Notes: generated from the sequence alone by a model not told the origin. Counted from the whole stretch's first letter, positions 25,513 through 47,228 are shown. The stretch: 63,517 bases of DNA, filler included, from Collodictyon triciliatum (GCA_043381765.1; 6 parts of 6 records of this genome joined end to end with filler, not necessarily neighbours in it), one strand, 5' to 3'. A program made the numbers and translations.

Positions 25513-28500
25513 TCAAACCTTTTCTTCTAGTGTCGGTTCGCTCCATTCCATGCTGCCTGACAAGAGCAATCCAATCGCAGAGTCACACTCGGAGGCCTTT
25601 TCCGTTTGTTTCAGCTTTCTATAGGTCGATGAAAGCAAGTCGTAAGTCTCCCCAGCGCGGCGAAGAAACTGGACCTTCTGAAAACCCTCAACACAAGTCT
25701 CCAGCTCATCGATGGCAGACACAAGGTCATCTATTTTTTTCAATCACATACCATAGATATTTTGTTTTTGTGAGATTGTACAATGACATTTTTGGATGAC
25801 AAATAAACTCAGAGTTCTGTTTGCCATGAGTAAAGTGCGATTCAGAGAAACAGGGAGGAATGAAAATTTCGTTGTATACTAGAAACGCATTATTTTAAAT
25901 TGAGCCGCTACAGAGCAGACTTCTGAAAATACCCTTCCTACCTTTGGTTTTCGCACTTAGCATCATTATCTTGGCATTAAGTAAGGATGCAATGGTCTGG
26001 TGTGATATAAGAAAATAAATAAATAAAAAAGGTTCTCTTCTACAATCAGGTAGAAATTATGAGTGCGGAATAGCAGTAAATGAATGAGTTAGCCACAATG
26101 TCTTATTTACGACAGATAAGTTATTTTTGAGGGTTGGCCATCAAAAGGCCTATGAAGGTACATGAAAAAAGCAAAAAGAAAGAAATTGTCCCAAACCTTG
26201 TGAACAAAAGGCAATCGCTCAAACAAGGCATCGCCATATTCGTCAAAGATTGCCTTTGCTGCCTCCAAATCTCTATTGTCACACAGTTTTCCATAATTTA
26301 GGATTAGCTATATATTTTTGGATGGCCCTTGAATGAATGTTTTCTTTGTCAAATGATTGACTTGACCGGACCCCATCTGAAATCGTATCTCTGCCAGTTT
26401 ATAAATACAAATGAGCTCTGAAGATTTGGCGACAAGCTGTTCAGAGAGCGATAGAGCATCAAGGATAATATTGACGCCGCTCATCGGATTTCCTGCTCTC
26501 TGGGGCATGACTTTTGTTAAGTAGCGCCCGAAATAATGCCTTTCAAAAATTAAATGAGCAGTAGAGTGACAACGGAGAGATGCTGTCAAACGACTATTAA
26601 TTATATTTTTTTATCACCGTTATTAATTTATTTTTCGTTTTGTATATTAGTCCTGGGTTGTGAGTTAGAATTCGATTGACCACTTTGAGACACTTACCTG
26701 ATACAAATCACACAAGCAGATAAGGGCTTCAATTTTGCAGTGTAGCAAGTGGTTCCTGTTGGATTCAGAATGTGCTGCAGATGCTAACTTGAAAGCCTTT
26801 ACAAATAATAATAATAATAATAATATTCGTTGAGTGAAAATGAGCAGCTTTGAAAAGCATTGCTCGATTTTTGTTGCTTGTTGATTTGATTTCTTTGGAA
26901 AAAAGATCATTATCGAGATCAAAATCGACGCACGTACTGTTTCCAGGTTTCCCATAAGACATTCCAGACGTGCTTTCATAAGCAGGCTTTCGGTTTTGAT
27001 CCTTTTGCATGATGAAATGGTAAAAAAAAAAATAATAAAAAAATAAATTAAGGACACACATAATATTGCTAGACTTGAAAAAAGATAATAAGAGAAAGGA
27101 ATAAATAAAATGGATCCGTTTTGTACCTCGCTACATTTTCTCCGGGGTGGGATATGGCCTCGATGCTATTTACAGCATGTCTTGCGGTATTGATGTCATT
27201 TCTTTAAAGTTTTTATACGAAAAAATTCAGGTTGTAGGTGGTGATTGGCTATAACCTTTTTTTTTAAAAAAAAAATAATAATAATAATACTGGTATAGAT
27301 GATGACAGCAAAATTAATTGTAATCAATAATCGTCGACAACCTTAGAATAGACCACTCAAACAGAACGGAAAGGGAAGCTTTGTTTGTGTAATTTTAATA
27401 TTAGGTTATGCACCAATAACATTTCTCTGAAGAATAATAATCGATAAAAAAAAAAAAGCAAAATTTTCTTTGCAAGGATTGAAATATATGCCGAGATTCG
27501 ACAACAGGAAAGCTTTGGCTGGAAAATTTGAAGCGGTAGTGCTTGGTGATGTTAATCTTGCCTTTTCTTATAATAGGCAGTTTTGCAAACGGCACCTTCT
27601 CTCTGGCATCTACCAAATGCTCTACGGCAGCAGACCAATCCCCATTCAAGGCCGACTATGCAAAAGAGACGATTGAACAAGAGTTAGTTTTCATTGAGGG
27701 AATCAATATCTGCCTATATGACATATGTTACTAAATATGATTTCCATCAATTTTGAAGAAAATGAATCATTATCACTTTCGCACCAGTGTTACAAGTTTG
27801 GAATATATAGTCTCAAAGTTTTCCACGCTCCATTCTTCAAGGAGATATCCCTTCTAATGCGAACATTTTCTATTTATTATGCATATTCAAAGATGCGCGC
27901 TACCTCCATATATTTTTTTAGTCAAGAAAAATCATCCTACCACAATGTGGGCACTACCAGATGGAAAGAAATAAAATATTACTGAGGCAGATACATCCAG
28001 GTATGCCATGTCATACAAGCCAAGCTGCTCCCAGTGAGTTGCTGAAGTGGTCAATACCAATCTTTGCATGGACAATTACATGAATTATTGAAGCGCATAA
28101 TAGGTCCATAATATTCTTGAAGAGTTCTTCTGACTCAAATGAATGGTCACAAGTGAAAGAAAAAATTAAACAGTTCGAAAAAAATTCATGCAAATGCAAA
28201 TGCAAATGCAAATGCAAAAAAAATAAAATAAAATCTTGTTAAAGATGTAAAACTGACAGGTTCTGACTAGCTGATGTGGAATGCGTCAAACTCTGCAGCT
28301 CACTCAATACCGCCTCCAGTTTCTAAAATAGCAATATCGTGTCCAAGCAGTAAATTCAGTATCAGGCAAGCAGATGCTAAAACAGAAAGAATTATCGGTG
28401 TACTTCAATCTCTCCAAATGCTGTCGTAATTCTGGAAACTTGAGACTTTGAACCAGTCTCCAAATAGAATAGGACGAGTCCACATGTCTACGAGGGAAAG

Positions 28501-30225
28501 TCTTTTTTTTTATTTGCACATCGCGTGAATGTTCTGATGCAATCTATGCCATAAATATTTATTTTAATCCATTTTTTTCCGATTTGAGCTTACCGCCACG
28601 TGGTAAAGATCGTTTTTTTCAATACTTTTTGCGACAACCTGACAGTGCTTCAAATAATACTCCTGGGGTCCAGGTTGGTTTGTCTGCATGAGTGATTATT
28701 TCTTCATGTGAACTAGTAGATTATTTAACAACCATATATTATTCTTCTGTCTGAGGTTATTTTCAAGAGGAAAAAACAAGGTTAAGCCAAGGAACATACG
28801 ATTCCAGCAATCTTTGCGAGATAGAGCAAGGCTTTGCACAAACATTCTTTGTTCATGGATTGTTGAGCGAGAACAACACACTCATTTAGGGCCTACATTA
28901 TATTCAAGCGAGAAAGGGATAATCATACGTGTCATAGTTTAGGCATGCTGATACGTGACTTTATATGTATGTGTGTTTCTTTTCCAATTTTAGTATATAT
29001 TACCTGGAGGGCTTCATGAATGTGATTGAAATGTAAATGAAGAGCAGCTAACTGAAGGAGATACTCAGGGAAGTGCGGCTTTGTTCTTGAACTAGCATCG
29101 AGAATATGTTAGACAACCACAAAATTAAGATGACACATTAAAAATCATGACAATCATTACATTTTATTTTCCAAACAATCATCGTTCTTTGCATACGATG
29201 TCGAAGTATTACTCATCATTTGTCTCCATTTGCTCCAGATATATATACAACATCGACAAGGCTTTCGTCCAGTCCTTGGCCATCATCGCAGCATTTATTC
29301 TTAACATGTGACGTGTTGTTAGAGGAAATATAAACGATGATTGCTCATCGAACAGAATTTGTATTCAGGTCGTAAGTTAAAGTTAATAAATCGGGGTTCG
29401 GAAACTTAAGGGCTACAGTATATAAAAGGAACCCGATTAATGAAAGGTATGCTACTTTGTTTGCATGTTTTGCATGCAGATATCAGCAGATTCAGGAAAT
29501 CCTGTTATTATGTCCCGAATTTCACTGGCCGGTACGCGTCCATGCTTTTCTATCATTCAGTTGTTTTCGAGTATATTTTATTTAGTGGGAAATGGCATAG
29601 CAAGTAAAATGATATCAATATGGCAGAAACTCTATGGATTAGCTTAAAAAAGAGAATTGCGCGTCTGTAGCATAAAAAATTGTGTCAATACAGAGAGATA
29701 GCTCTAAAAATAGGGACAAATTATATGAACCTTTGATTTCACTACCGGTTAGGTAGGAGGCAATCTCAAGAGAGTGACTGCTTTTGGATGTGAAAGAGGC
29801 TGGATAGTCTGTGCGACACGAGTGGAGAGCTTGTGAATGATGAAGCCAGTCAATTTTTCCTATTTGTTTCAAATCCCCACAAAGAACAGACTGCTGGGAG
29901 AAAGACAGAGAAAAGAATCCAATGGCCATCTGACGAGAAAAGTTGCCCATGATACTGCTTGGATTCAGCTGGGCGTGATTCACAAGATTGGGCGCTGAAG
30001 CATCGGTTCGAATCAACCGAGCGATGACTTGAAAATCAACATATATATATATTCTATTTAGATACTAAAGATTCCATATTGAAGAAGGCAACAAGTTGAA
30101 TTTTGAGACCTCGAAAGTTGGTGACGATGAATGGTATATCTTGAGGGATGGGGATTCAAAAGGGTTTAACTGACCTGAAAAAAACTCGTAGAATGATTGG
30201 ACATTTTCAGATATCTCTCGAATCT
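25513..30225 (-). CDS. ANAPC5: Anaphase-promoting complex subunit 5 (TPR), multi-exon, 5' end lost at the spacer
   Basis: Minus-strand exons give SSIMGNFSRQMAIGFFSLS (APC5 N-terminal motif), YLLQLAALHLHFNHIHEALQ followed by VLLAQQSMNKECLCKALLYL (compare APC5 AALNLAALH..F...ALQEAI..AQE..D..CL), and TPR-like exons GDWSAAVEHLVDAREK and ILDALSLSEQL..CIYKLAEIRFQMG. Last exon ends with TGA at 25513. Confidence 0.75.
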
Positions 30226-30375
30226 GTAAAAATAAAAATGGTTCATACCAGAAATAAAATAAAACGATGTGAAATCACAATGTGAGAACAACGAGATATA
30301 ATATGGAACGAGAAAAATAAATATTTTATTTCATTAACTAGAAATGACCAATTTTACCATCGTTTCTATTAATTA

Positions 30376-30475
30376 NNNNNNNNNNNNNNNNNNNNNNNNN
30401 NNNNNNNNNNNNNNNNNNNTTAATTAATTAANNNNNNNNNNNNNNNNNNNNNNNNNNNNNNNNNNNNNNNNNNNN
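30376..30475. other. Artificial assembly spacer
   Basis: Same 100-bp structure; genes on both sides are truncated. Confidence 0.97.
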
Positions 30476-30637
30476 TTTTTTTTTTTTTTTTTCTTTTTTT
30501 CCATTTTCTTCTTTTTTTTTTTTTTTATTTTTTGTTCTTTTTTTTTTTTTTTTTTTTTTTGGAAAGTGATATTAATATATCTTGAAAATAATGGAAATGT
30601 AAACTTTCCGGTGACATATTGATGCAATCTATTTTAG

Positions 30638-37817
<7,180 letters not shown>

Positions 37818-38227
37818 AGCGCAATACGTCACCGGGCTGCGGACTTGCTGGCTGCCTCTTTTGTTTTGTTTTTGTTTTGTTTTTGTTTTGTTTTGTTTTG
37901 TTTTTTTGTTTTGATTTTGGTGCGAACTGGGTAAGTGACTGGTTAGATATAAATACCATACCAGTCTGAGCCAAGCTACGCCTCCAGCAAGTCTCGACGG
38001 ACGACCGAATGAATGAGGTACATGCGATAAGAAAAGTAACAACACAGCGCCCAAGACGATGCATTCATGGCACAGAAACTAGCTCTTACTATATTGATTA
38101 TCACCATTACTATCACTGTTATTGTTGGCATTAGTAGAATTAGTAGAATTGGCATTGGTATTAGCGGCCCATCCTGGTGATTTGCGTGCGGGTTGTTGCG
38201 TTTATTCGGCCTGTGGCGGAGGTAGAG

Positions 38228-40475
38228 TTACTTCGGCTGGAACTGAACCAGAAGCTTCTGCTCCTCAACCATGTCTCCGGCCTTGTAGAGAACCTTCTCG
38301 ACCACGCCGTCGGCAGGAGCGCGGACAGTATACTACGGATTGGGGAGAGTGAGAACGCGAATTGGTTGGGGAGCCTGGAAACTAACATGCGAACCTCCAT
38401 TTTCATGGCTTCCATCACAAGGAGAGGCGACCCTTTCTTGATGTTGTCATTCGCATTGACGAGGACACGCACAATACGGCCCGGCATGGGCGAAAGCAAC
38501 GAGCCTGCCGAACCACCTGCAGCGGATTTGGCTTTGACAAGTTGAGGAATATCTAAGCGCCTCGAGCCGTCCTGAATAGGGAGCGCATTGCGCCGATAAA
38601 TTAGACGAAGATACATATAGAGACTAATGAATAAATTATCAGCAGAAAAAGCAAAAAGATTTGGCAAAAAAAAAAAAAAATTGAGCAATTTCCTATGGAA
38701 AAGAAAGGGGGGAAATGAGATGAAGAAAAAACTATAGGCCCTGGCTGTAAAGTGTATTAAAGAAAAAGAAAAGAAGAAAACGAAAACCTGAGTGAAAACG
38801 TGTATTTTGTTATCCTTCTGGACGATGTGGCTAAAGAAGGTTTTGTCTCCGGTGCTCAGTGTGAGTTTGCCGTCAGATTCAAGTTTCCCGTGGGCATGAA
38901 TCTTGTTTCCATTTGGCAACTAGATAGACAGATAAAAATGTAGTTATGTTCATCCATGCATGCGTTTGCAGCTTTATGAGCTTATACCATCGATAGAAGT
39001 GTCGGTATAAATTAATAAAATAAAGATACCACACTAACGAATTAGACAAATAAGAGAAAAAGAAAGAAAAACACGAGCTACCTCGACTTTGTAGTCATTC
39101 TCGAACTGAGAGACTGAAACTTTCAAGAGAGTCTCTCCGTCTAATAGTTCCAGATGGCGGGTGTGTGGCAAATTGAATCGGACGGAACTTCCGAGAGACC
39201 ATGGGGAGCTCGGGTCTGGTATCAAATGCAAGGAGGCGAACTTAATCTTGCGTCTCGATGTAATACTTTCGATTTTTCGGTATCCCATTTTGAAATTTTT
39301 TTTTTTTAATTGTTAACCACATTGTTAGAAGGAATCGTCAACAGAAACGCCTGTATACCATTTGACCTCTTGGTCTCTGTACTCTCCTTTTGTTGGTCAC
39401 GTAGGACAATGTACATCGCGGCACTGGTTAGGATGTCCGAAGAGACGGGTTGCACAGGGGGAAACAAGGCAGCGTGGTATTTCTATAAAAGACAAGTGGG
39501 CTTCAGGACAAAAAAAAAATATGTAAAATAAAATACATACATTTGTTGTAATTTCACGCACATATGAAGATGAATGCTAACCTGAATAAAACCAGTGTCA
39601 ACATCACCAGCAGCAAAGACGGGATTCTGCACGACAGTATCAAGGAACTCGATGTTTGTCTGCAGTCCGACGATATGGTAGTCGCAGAGTGCTGCGTGCA
39701 TGCGTCTCAGGGCAGATCGGCGGTCCCTGTCCCAAACGACGAGCTTGGCAATCATAGGGTCATAGTAAATTGTGATGGCATCTCCCTAACAAAGTGAAAA
39801 GAACACGTTGAGAATATCATTCATTATCGTTATTGCCATACTCAGCTATTGATATTTATTAATTCTAGGTATATAGAATAAAATAATATCAGCTATGTCC
39901 ACGAGAGTTGGTGGGATGCAAGGGTATTAGCGAGTTCATATTTGTAAATTATTACTTGCTTCACTCCAGTTTCCACACGGAGGTTTGCTGATTCAATTGG
40001 CGGGCGCAGGTGCTGTAGCGTACCAGTGCTCGGTAAGAACCCCCTATGAAGTTTTCCAAAGAAAAATTAGTAATAATTATTAATTAACACCTGGAATTTT
40101 GAATAAATGTAAACATGTCTAACTCCTTTGCGTGCCTAATTTTCTCAACTAATTTTAGAATAAAAGCCACTGCATCGTGGATTAACGGCATATAATTCTG
40201 GTATACTTGGCCGGGTTCTCGGCATAAATGCGTGCCTCAATCGAGTGTCCGTTAATTTGGAGCTCAGATTGTTTTTTGGGAAGGGAGAATCCAGACGCAA
40301 CCTATTAACATTTCCAGTATCGTTACAAGACCAATGAAGTGGGCAGGTGAGGTGTCAAATGGCATACAAAGAGATACATATGGAGTGCGTTGTTTATAAA
40401 AAAAAAAATGCAGTAGTATCTCGAATAAAATTTGAATAATGGTGATCTGAAACCATGCAATAAATGTAAGTAGGC

Positions 40476-40570
<95 letters not shown>

Positions 40571-41431
40571 GAATGGATCGAGAGGAAAAAGAATACCTTC
40601 AACTGCCATTCGACAAGGTCCTGGCCAGTAATCATCTCTGTCACTGGATGCTCGACTTGAAGGCGAGTATTCATTTCCATAAAGTAGTATGTACCGTCTT
40701 GGAAGATAAATTCAACCGTTCCTGTTTACATCCGCCCACAAGAGTAATGAAAGAGCGAGGGAAAAAATGAGGGGCCTCGATTTTAGTATTTGCAACCAAA
40801 AAAAAAAATTGGCGGTGCATGGAAGAAAATGCAGATGATAAAATGTAGTGAGTTTTCAGTGATAAAGAAAGGATGTATATTTATTTTTATTAAACGAAAA
40901 GTGGAAAAAGGAAACACATATTTTTAAGAGTAGTTTGAAATCAAATTTGAAAAAAGCCCACGATTACATAGTTTTTTTTTTGGCATTGGGTTATTGATTG
41001 ATTACGATTAGATTTATCTGTTTAATGTTGACTAATTCAAATAAAATGAAAGGGAAAAAAAGTCTCCTAATTACCAGCTCCAACGTAGCCTACAGCCTTC
41101 GCTGCTGCCACAGCTGATTCTCCCATTGCGGCGCGTAGTTCAGGTGTCATTCCAGGCTATTAATGAAATATAGTGCGCATTGCATGTTTGAGCTTTATTG
41201 ACCAGATTGGGGACATGTTAATCAGAAATACTACTAAATGTATTTGCTAAGGCAGTCGCTTACGGCTGGTGCCTCTTCGAGGACTTTCTGGTGACGCCTT
41301 TGGACCGAACAATCGCGCTCGAAAAGATATGCAGCCTCGCCATGTCCGTCAGCAAACACTTGAAATTCGATATGTCTTTTGTGCAATTGTTAGCTCTTTT
41401 TTTGATTTGTTTTTGGGATATCCCGCGATAC

Positions 41432-41529
<98 letters not shown>

Positions 41530-42393
41530 GTAATGATAATAATAATAATAATAATATTAATCTGGTAGGGAATTTTAAACCCCACCTGGGCTTCGTTAGA
41601 TATTTCTCGATTAAGACGCGATCATCCCCGAATGAATTCTTCGCCTCACGCTTGGCAGAGTTAAGCTGTTCCTCAAATTCGTCAGCAGAAAAGGCGATTT
41701 TCATGCCCTATGAGAAATGTTCAGCATAAAGAAGATGATTTGGCAATTTTGAAACCAAAATATGTGACCAGAGTGTATTTGAACCATATATTGATATACT
41801 GATACTGAGAGATATTAAGGAGTCGTATACTTTTCCTCCTCCTCCCATGACAGCTTTGATGAGAACTGGATATCTGTCGGTGTTAAAGAGAAATAAATTT
41901 CAGTTGTATTATCTCTAAAACATTATTTTACCTTGATTTTTTATTTAGAAAAGAGGTTCTTGTGAGAGTCTATAAATAACTGCCATACTGGATACGCTCA
42001 GCTTCTTGCTTGAGAAAGGCAACTTCCTGGTTATCACCGTGATACCCTGGAACAACGGGAACGTTTGCATTGACCATAATTTTCTTCGATTCACTATTTC
42101 AAAAGCAGGTGTTGCAATCATGTCAGATGGATCGTTGTGTTACTGGTATCATATCATACTAATAGAAAAATGAAGACTACTTTTAAGCATCAGACATGCC
42201 GAGGAAAGTATATCGGACAGACTCCTCACCTTTTCGAACCCATAGCAGCGATGGCTGATGCAGGTGGGCCGATGAAGGCAACACCAGACTGTTCGCACAG
42301 ATTAGCAAAGCCTGCGTTTTCAGACAGAAAGCCGTAGCCTGGATGAATGCCCTGTAGATTCGACACCATTTTTCTTGTTTTAAAGGACGCCCC

Positions 42394-42440
<47 letters not shown>

Positions 42441-43685
42441 TGCTTTGAAATGTGAATAAATTTATAAGGGAGGATAAAGCCATGGTCTAACCTGAGCACC
42501 AGTTGCCTTTGCAATTCGGATAATTTCATCACCCCGTAGATAGCTTTGTGTCGGAAGGGTGGAGCCGCTGGGCGTTGCCAAAAAGTGTGCCTCATCAGCC
42601 TTTGTGAAAATTGTTGTGGCATCATTATCATGTGTCCGATTGTGTTATATGATAAAATTTTAAAAATAAATATATATTTAGAAAAAAGTCACAGTTTAGA
42701 TGCGGCGTGATATCGAATGTATATATATATATATACGAACCCCATTACAGGTAATTGGGAAATATATGAGTGATAATTATAAAGACATTTAATAATACTG
42801 TGCTGTAAATCAATCAGCAGAAATATCACAAATGTTTCCGATTATAATATGCGTGCACATTTTGTCTTTTGATAACTTAAAATATTGATTGGTGATGTTT
42901 ACCATAGAAACATGCAATGAGCCCGCATCGGCTTCGCTGTACACAGCAACTGTTTTGATGCCCATTTTTCGGGCAGTACGGATAACTCTGCAGGCAATTT
43001 CACCCCGATTTGCGATGAGGATCTTATCAAAAAGCTTGGCTGCAATCAAGAAATGGTGTGGTTATATAAAGCTCAGAAGTGAAGTTGTGCAAAGTAGAGT
43101 AAAATTGAGGTGTGAGTATTACGGAAATAACATATATTGAAGCCAGAGGAGAACAAGACTTTTTTTTTCTTGTTTTAATTTGATTCGCTTCGGTTTTCTC
43201 TTCTTTTGTGAATTGAAAGCGAAGTAATAGGAAAAGAATTATATTTAAAAAGAAGAAATATAGTGCACAAGGAGACTGCTTTTGACTTGAACGGATAGAT
43301 GAAAAAATAATCAAGGGTTGATAATAAATTAATACGGTTCTTGTTTCTTTCAGACTGAGAGGTTTGTGTGCCATAGCTTCGATTGGGAATAACGATCGAC
43401 AATCGTGGCAGATCCATGGCCATGACTGGCAGGCGACTACAAAAAAAAAGTGTGGACTGTTTTACAGCGGCAAAAGGCTCGGTAGTGTATTGATATTCTG
43501 GGGCATGTTGATCACAGAACCCTCCTTAAAAGACTACAAAGTGCAAAAGAAGATGTATAAGAAAGAAGAACTAAAATGAAGAAGAGATAATAGATTAGGC
43601 ATAAGTGACTCGGATTTGGGAGTCAGGTGAGATACCTTTGCACAAAGGTGCGTCCTGCCTGGAGAGTTTGTGCCAGGAAACTCAT
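38228..43685 (-). CDS. MCCC1: 3-methylcrotonyl-CoA carboxylase alpha subunit (biotin carboxylase + biotinyl domain), mitochondrial
   Basis: [89 protein letters not shown], biotin motif EAMKME. First exon [16 protein letters not shown] looks like a presequence. MGSKS and AKLVVW favour MCC over PCC alpha. Confidence 0.9.
40477..40568. repeat. (AAT)n in an MCCC1 intron
   Basis: Seen directly. Confidence 0.95.
41432..41557. repeat. (AAT)n in an MCCC1 intron
   Basis: Seen directly. Confidence 0.95.
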
Positions 43686-43859
43686 ATCTACGTCAAACGA
43701 ATTATTACAATGCCTTACTTTTTTTTTTAAAAAAAAAAAAAAGCACCAAGACATAACTGAACGACCCCGAATTATAGTGACAACATTCACGGGATCATAC
43801 GAGCCAGCACACAGATAAAGATCATAGCGAAGTGAGGAAAGGAAACCATGGCTTTAACT

Positions 43860-43971
43860 TGTTTTATTTTATTTTATTTTACGTTATGTTATGTTATTTT
43901 ATTTTATTTTATTTTATTTTATTTTATTTTATTTTATTTTATTTTATTTTATTTTATTTTATTTTATTTTT
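43860..43971. repeat. (TTTTA)n, intergenic
   Basis: Seen directly. Confidence 0.93.
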
Positions 43972-44229
43972 GAGGGAGGAATTTGTTATGGCAACTTCTG
44001 GCAACAAAGTGATTGTACTTCGGACTTGAGAGACACAGCCCCGATTCATGCTGGCCAAACAGCAACGCAACAAGAGCACTTGATCACTCGAGAACGAGAG
44101 AAAGCAAACAGACATCGGCCCCCCGCGAGGAAAGAGAGCTTATGTAGCAGCCAGGCCCAAGAGCATAGAGCCATTTTCTGTTGCTGTTTATATTCCTCTC
44201 CTGTTCTTTCGATCAATCTGCTCCACGAC

Positions 44230-44338
44230 ATGGCCTTGATAAGCTCTCGTCACTTGCTTGCACTTTGCATTTTGGGCTCGTGTGAACTTTGGCTCGTGGA
44301 CTGATTTCTTTTCTGTCGTGCTTTGATTGTTTGTTTTC

Positions 44339-44408
<70 letters not shown>

Positions 44409-44983
44409 CTTTATTCATTTGTCTTCGAGCGTTTTCTTTTGGCCTTTTTGAACAGGCACGCGCGGTGTGACTTTGGCGATTCTCCCAAAAGACGGTTCGC
44501 TCTCACCCACAAGTCCTTTCGAAAATTGTCTCGTGTGACCAATTTTTGTTTGTGAAGCGCCGGCTATTGTGACTATAGAAGGCTATGTGATAGTGGGCAC
44601 CGCAATTAATTTCGGTTTGTGTCATTTGGCATAGAATGCACCATATCAATTTTATGATATAGGATTTTATCATTTCTTTTTTCTTTTTTCTCTTTTCTTT
44701 TTTCTTTTTCTTTTTTCTTTTTCTTTTTTCTTTTTCTTTTTTCTTTTTTCTTTTTTCTTTTTTCTTTTTTCTTTTTTCTTTTTTCTTTTTTCTTTTTTCT
44801 TTTTTCTTTTTTTTTCTATCTGTTGCCATTCGCGGCCATGAAATGCTCTGCGAGGACAGTGGCACTCTCATATGTTGACTCTTGGGGTGCTGATGTTACC
44901 GCAACAAACGCAAACATCAAGCGATTGGTTGATGTATCTGATAAATTGCATGCGATTTATGTACAGCGATTATGTGAAAAACT
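44230..44983 (+). CDS. 5' exons of an unidentified secreted or membrane protein; possible type-1 periplasmic-binding (Venus flytrap) fold; truncated by the spacer
   Basis: Four exons (44230-44281, ~44456-44494, ~44558-44614, ~44860-44983) join in phase 1 at GT-AG sites to MALISSRHLLALCILGSCTRGVTLAILPKDAPAIVTIEGYVIVGTAINFVALSYVDSWGADVTATNANIKRLVDVSDKLHAIYVQRLCEKL, which begins with a signal peptide. Confidence 0.55.
44673..44816. repeat. (TTTTTTC)n, intronic
   Basis: Seen directly. Confidence 0.93.
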
Positions 44984-45490
44984 GTGGGTTAGTAGTCAGG
45001 GCAAAAACAACAATATAAAAAAAATAGACAAATGAGAGAATCACAAAGACACACCCACCGATGCAAAAACCAGACAAGAGAACGATATCGCACGCGAAAC
45101 AAAAACCCCCAAAATAACTGATGATTACTTCTGGTCCGTATGTGGGAAGCCACAATAACAACATAAATTACACAACAAACTCGTTTCTTTTACACTCGTA
45201 AAATGCGAGCGGTCCGGATTTTCGGGAGTATGCTTCCGTGATTTTTCACAATATCTGCGCACGCAGTCCGCATAGGGGTAGGCCCAGATATCTTTCTTGC
45301 AGTTGTTTCCTTGGTTGCATATTCGAAGTGTTTTTCATGTTTATGAACATCTTTGGTCACCGAAGTCCATATACCCTATTCTGGCTCTGATATCAATATA
45401 TACCTAATTAAGTATATACCGATATCATGCTCGACATTAATTTTTTATCGGCGACTGTTATTGTTATTAATCTCAGTTGTCCATATTTCT

Positions 45491-45590
45491 TATACATACA
45501 TACATACATACATACATACATACATACATACATACATACATACATACATACATACATACATACATACATACATACATACATACATACATA
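45491..45590. repeat. (TACA)n at block end
   Basis: Seen directly. Confidence 0.95.
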
Positions 45591-45690
45591 NNNNNNNNNN
45601 NNNNNNNNNNNNNNNNNNNNNNNNNNNNNNNNNNTTAATTAATTAANNNNNNNNNNNNNNNNNNNNNNNNNNNNNNNNNNNNNNNNNNNN
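45591..45690. other. Artificial assembly spacer
   Basis: Same 100-bp structure. Confidence 0.97.
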
Positions 45691-47044
45691 TTTTTTTTTT
45701 TTTTTTCTAGTTCCTCCCAGAAGGCGAGAAAAAAAGTTCTATCTGGCTGGAATTCAAGTTGTTGATCTTAAGAGTCAAAAAATAGCCCGGAGACATTAAA
45801 AACAAGATCAAAGACAAGCACAAGCACAAGCACAAGGATGAGGAGCAGAGTACACGGTGTATTTGCCAACATAGTCAAATCGCTATTAGCGTGGGCAATC
45901 AAGCCTCGTCTTTGCTCATCCTATGCATATGTATGCACAAGAGCCTTCAACAAGCCAAAGTAAAGGAAAAAAAAGGCTCAATTCTTCAGGCCAGTAGATT
46001 ATGCCGTGCAGGTCGAACAAAGGGGAGCAACCCCACCCAAAAGCGTGAGACTGGCAATATCGAAAAACAAAGAAAAAAATAGAAGAAAAAAAACCAGAAA
46101 ACTAGAAAGAAAGAAAAAAGAACAATCAAGCTTCTACATAAGATGCCTGTTTCCACACAGCGCAGCCCTTTGTTCATTCTGCTTCGAGTCTGCGTTACCC
46201 TTCCGCATATTGACTCGAAAAGCGAAGAGAAAGCAACAAATTAAACAGAAAAAAAAAAATAAAAAAAAAAAGGAAACAACCCGTCCTGCTTCGTTTTTAC
46301 CGGGCGGATTCAACCATGAGACGGATGCGAATGCGTAAATACAACATTTGTGAAGAAAGCGAGGAGGAAACTAATCCACTATTCGTTGGCGGACTCATTT
46401 GTGCGGTTTCTTTGATTCTTTCGCAATCTGACCTCCCATTTGTGGATTTTGACAATATTTCCATATAGCAAATTAGAACTGCCCGGTTTATATAGGATCA
46501 CGCTGAAAAAGGATTTACGTTTTTGGTATAATGAAGTCCATTATACAAATTAGTAATTTGATGGTATTATGGGTCTTTTATTGTCCACTTTGTCATGTGT
46601 GGAATATTCGATAGAATATTAAAAACTGCCATTAGATTAGAATGTTTCATCGTTATGATAATGCTGCTCTATAATATTCAACAATACATGATTATGAATG
46701 AGGAGAGAAAATAAAATTCATCATTTATGAAAACACCTGTCGTGGATTACAGATTTCTCAACATCCAATTGTGTATTTAATCATATTAACATAAATTAAA
46801 GTATATTAGGTACTTTATTTGTATGAAATATATAATATCAAAATAGATATTCACATATGTATATAATTAAAAGTAGAAAAGCAAGAATCCTGGAAAGGTA
46901 TGGTGAACCCGAAGATTTGCCCGCAATTTGCGCGATCTATACCTCTTGCGCTCTGGGTTTGATCAGATCAGCAAAAACTTTTTTTTCCTGCGCAATCCCG
47001 CCACGTCACAAAAGAAACCAGAGAAGCAGGCAAGACCCGCAACC

Positions 47045-47119
47045 AAAGCAAAGCAAAGCAAAGCAAAGCAAAGCAAAGCAAAGCAAAGCAAAGCAAAGCA
47101 AAGCAAAGCAAAGCAAAGC
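47045..47119. repeat. (AAAGC)n upstream of the HECT start codon
   Basis: Seen directly. Confidence 0.95.
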
Positions 47120-47228
47120 GGATGAGAGAATATACATAACCACAATCCCGTTGCAATTAACTCTCAACCATAGCCTTCGTATAGGAAAGAGGAAAAAGTC
47201 GAAACAGAAAACGCGCACGATCTCGGAC

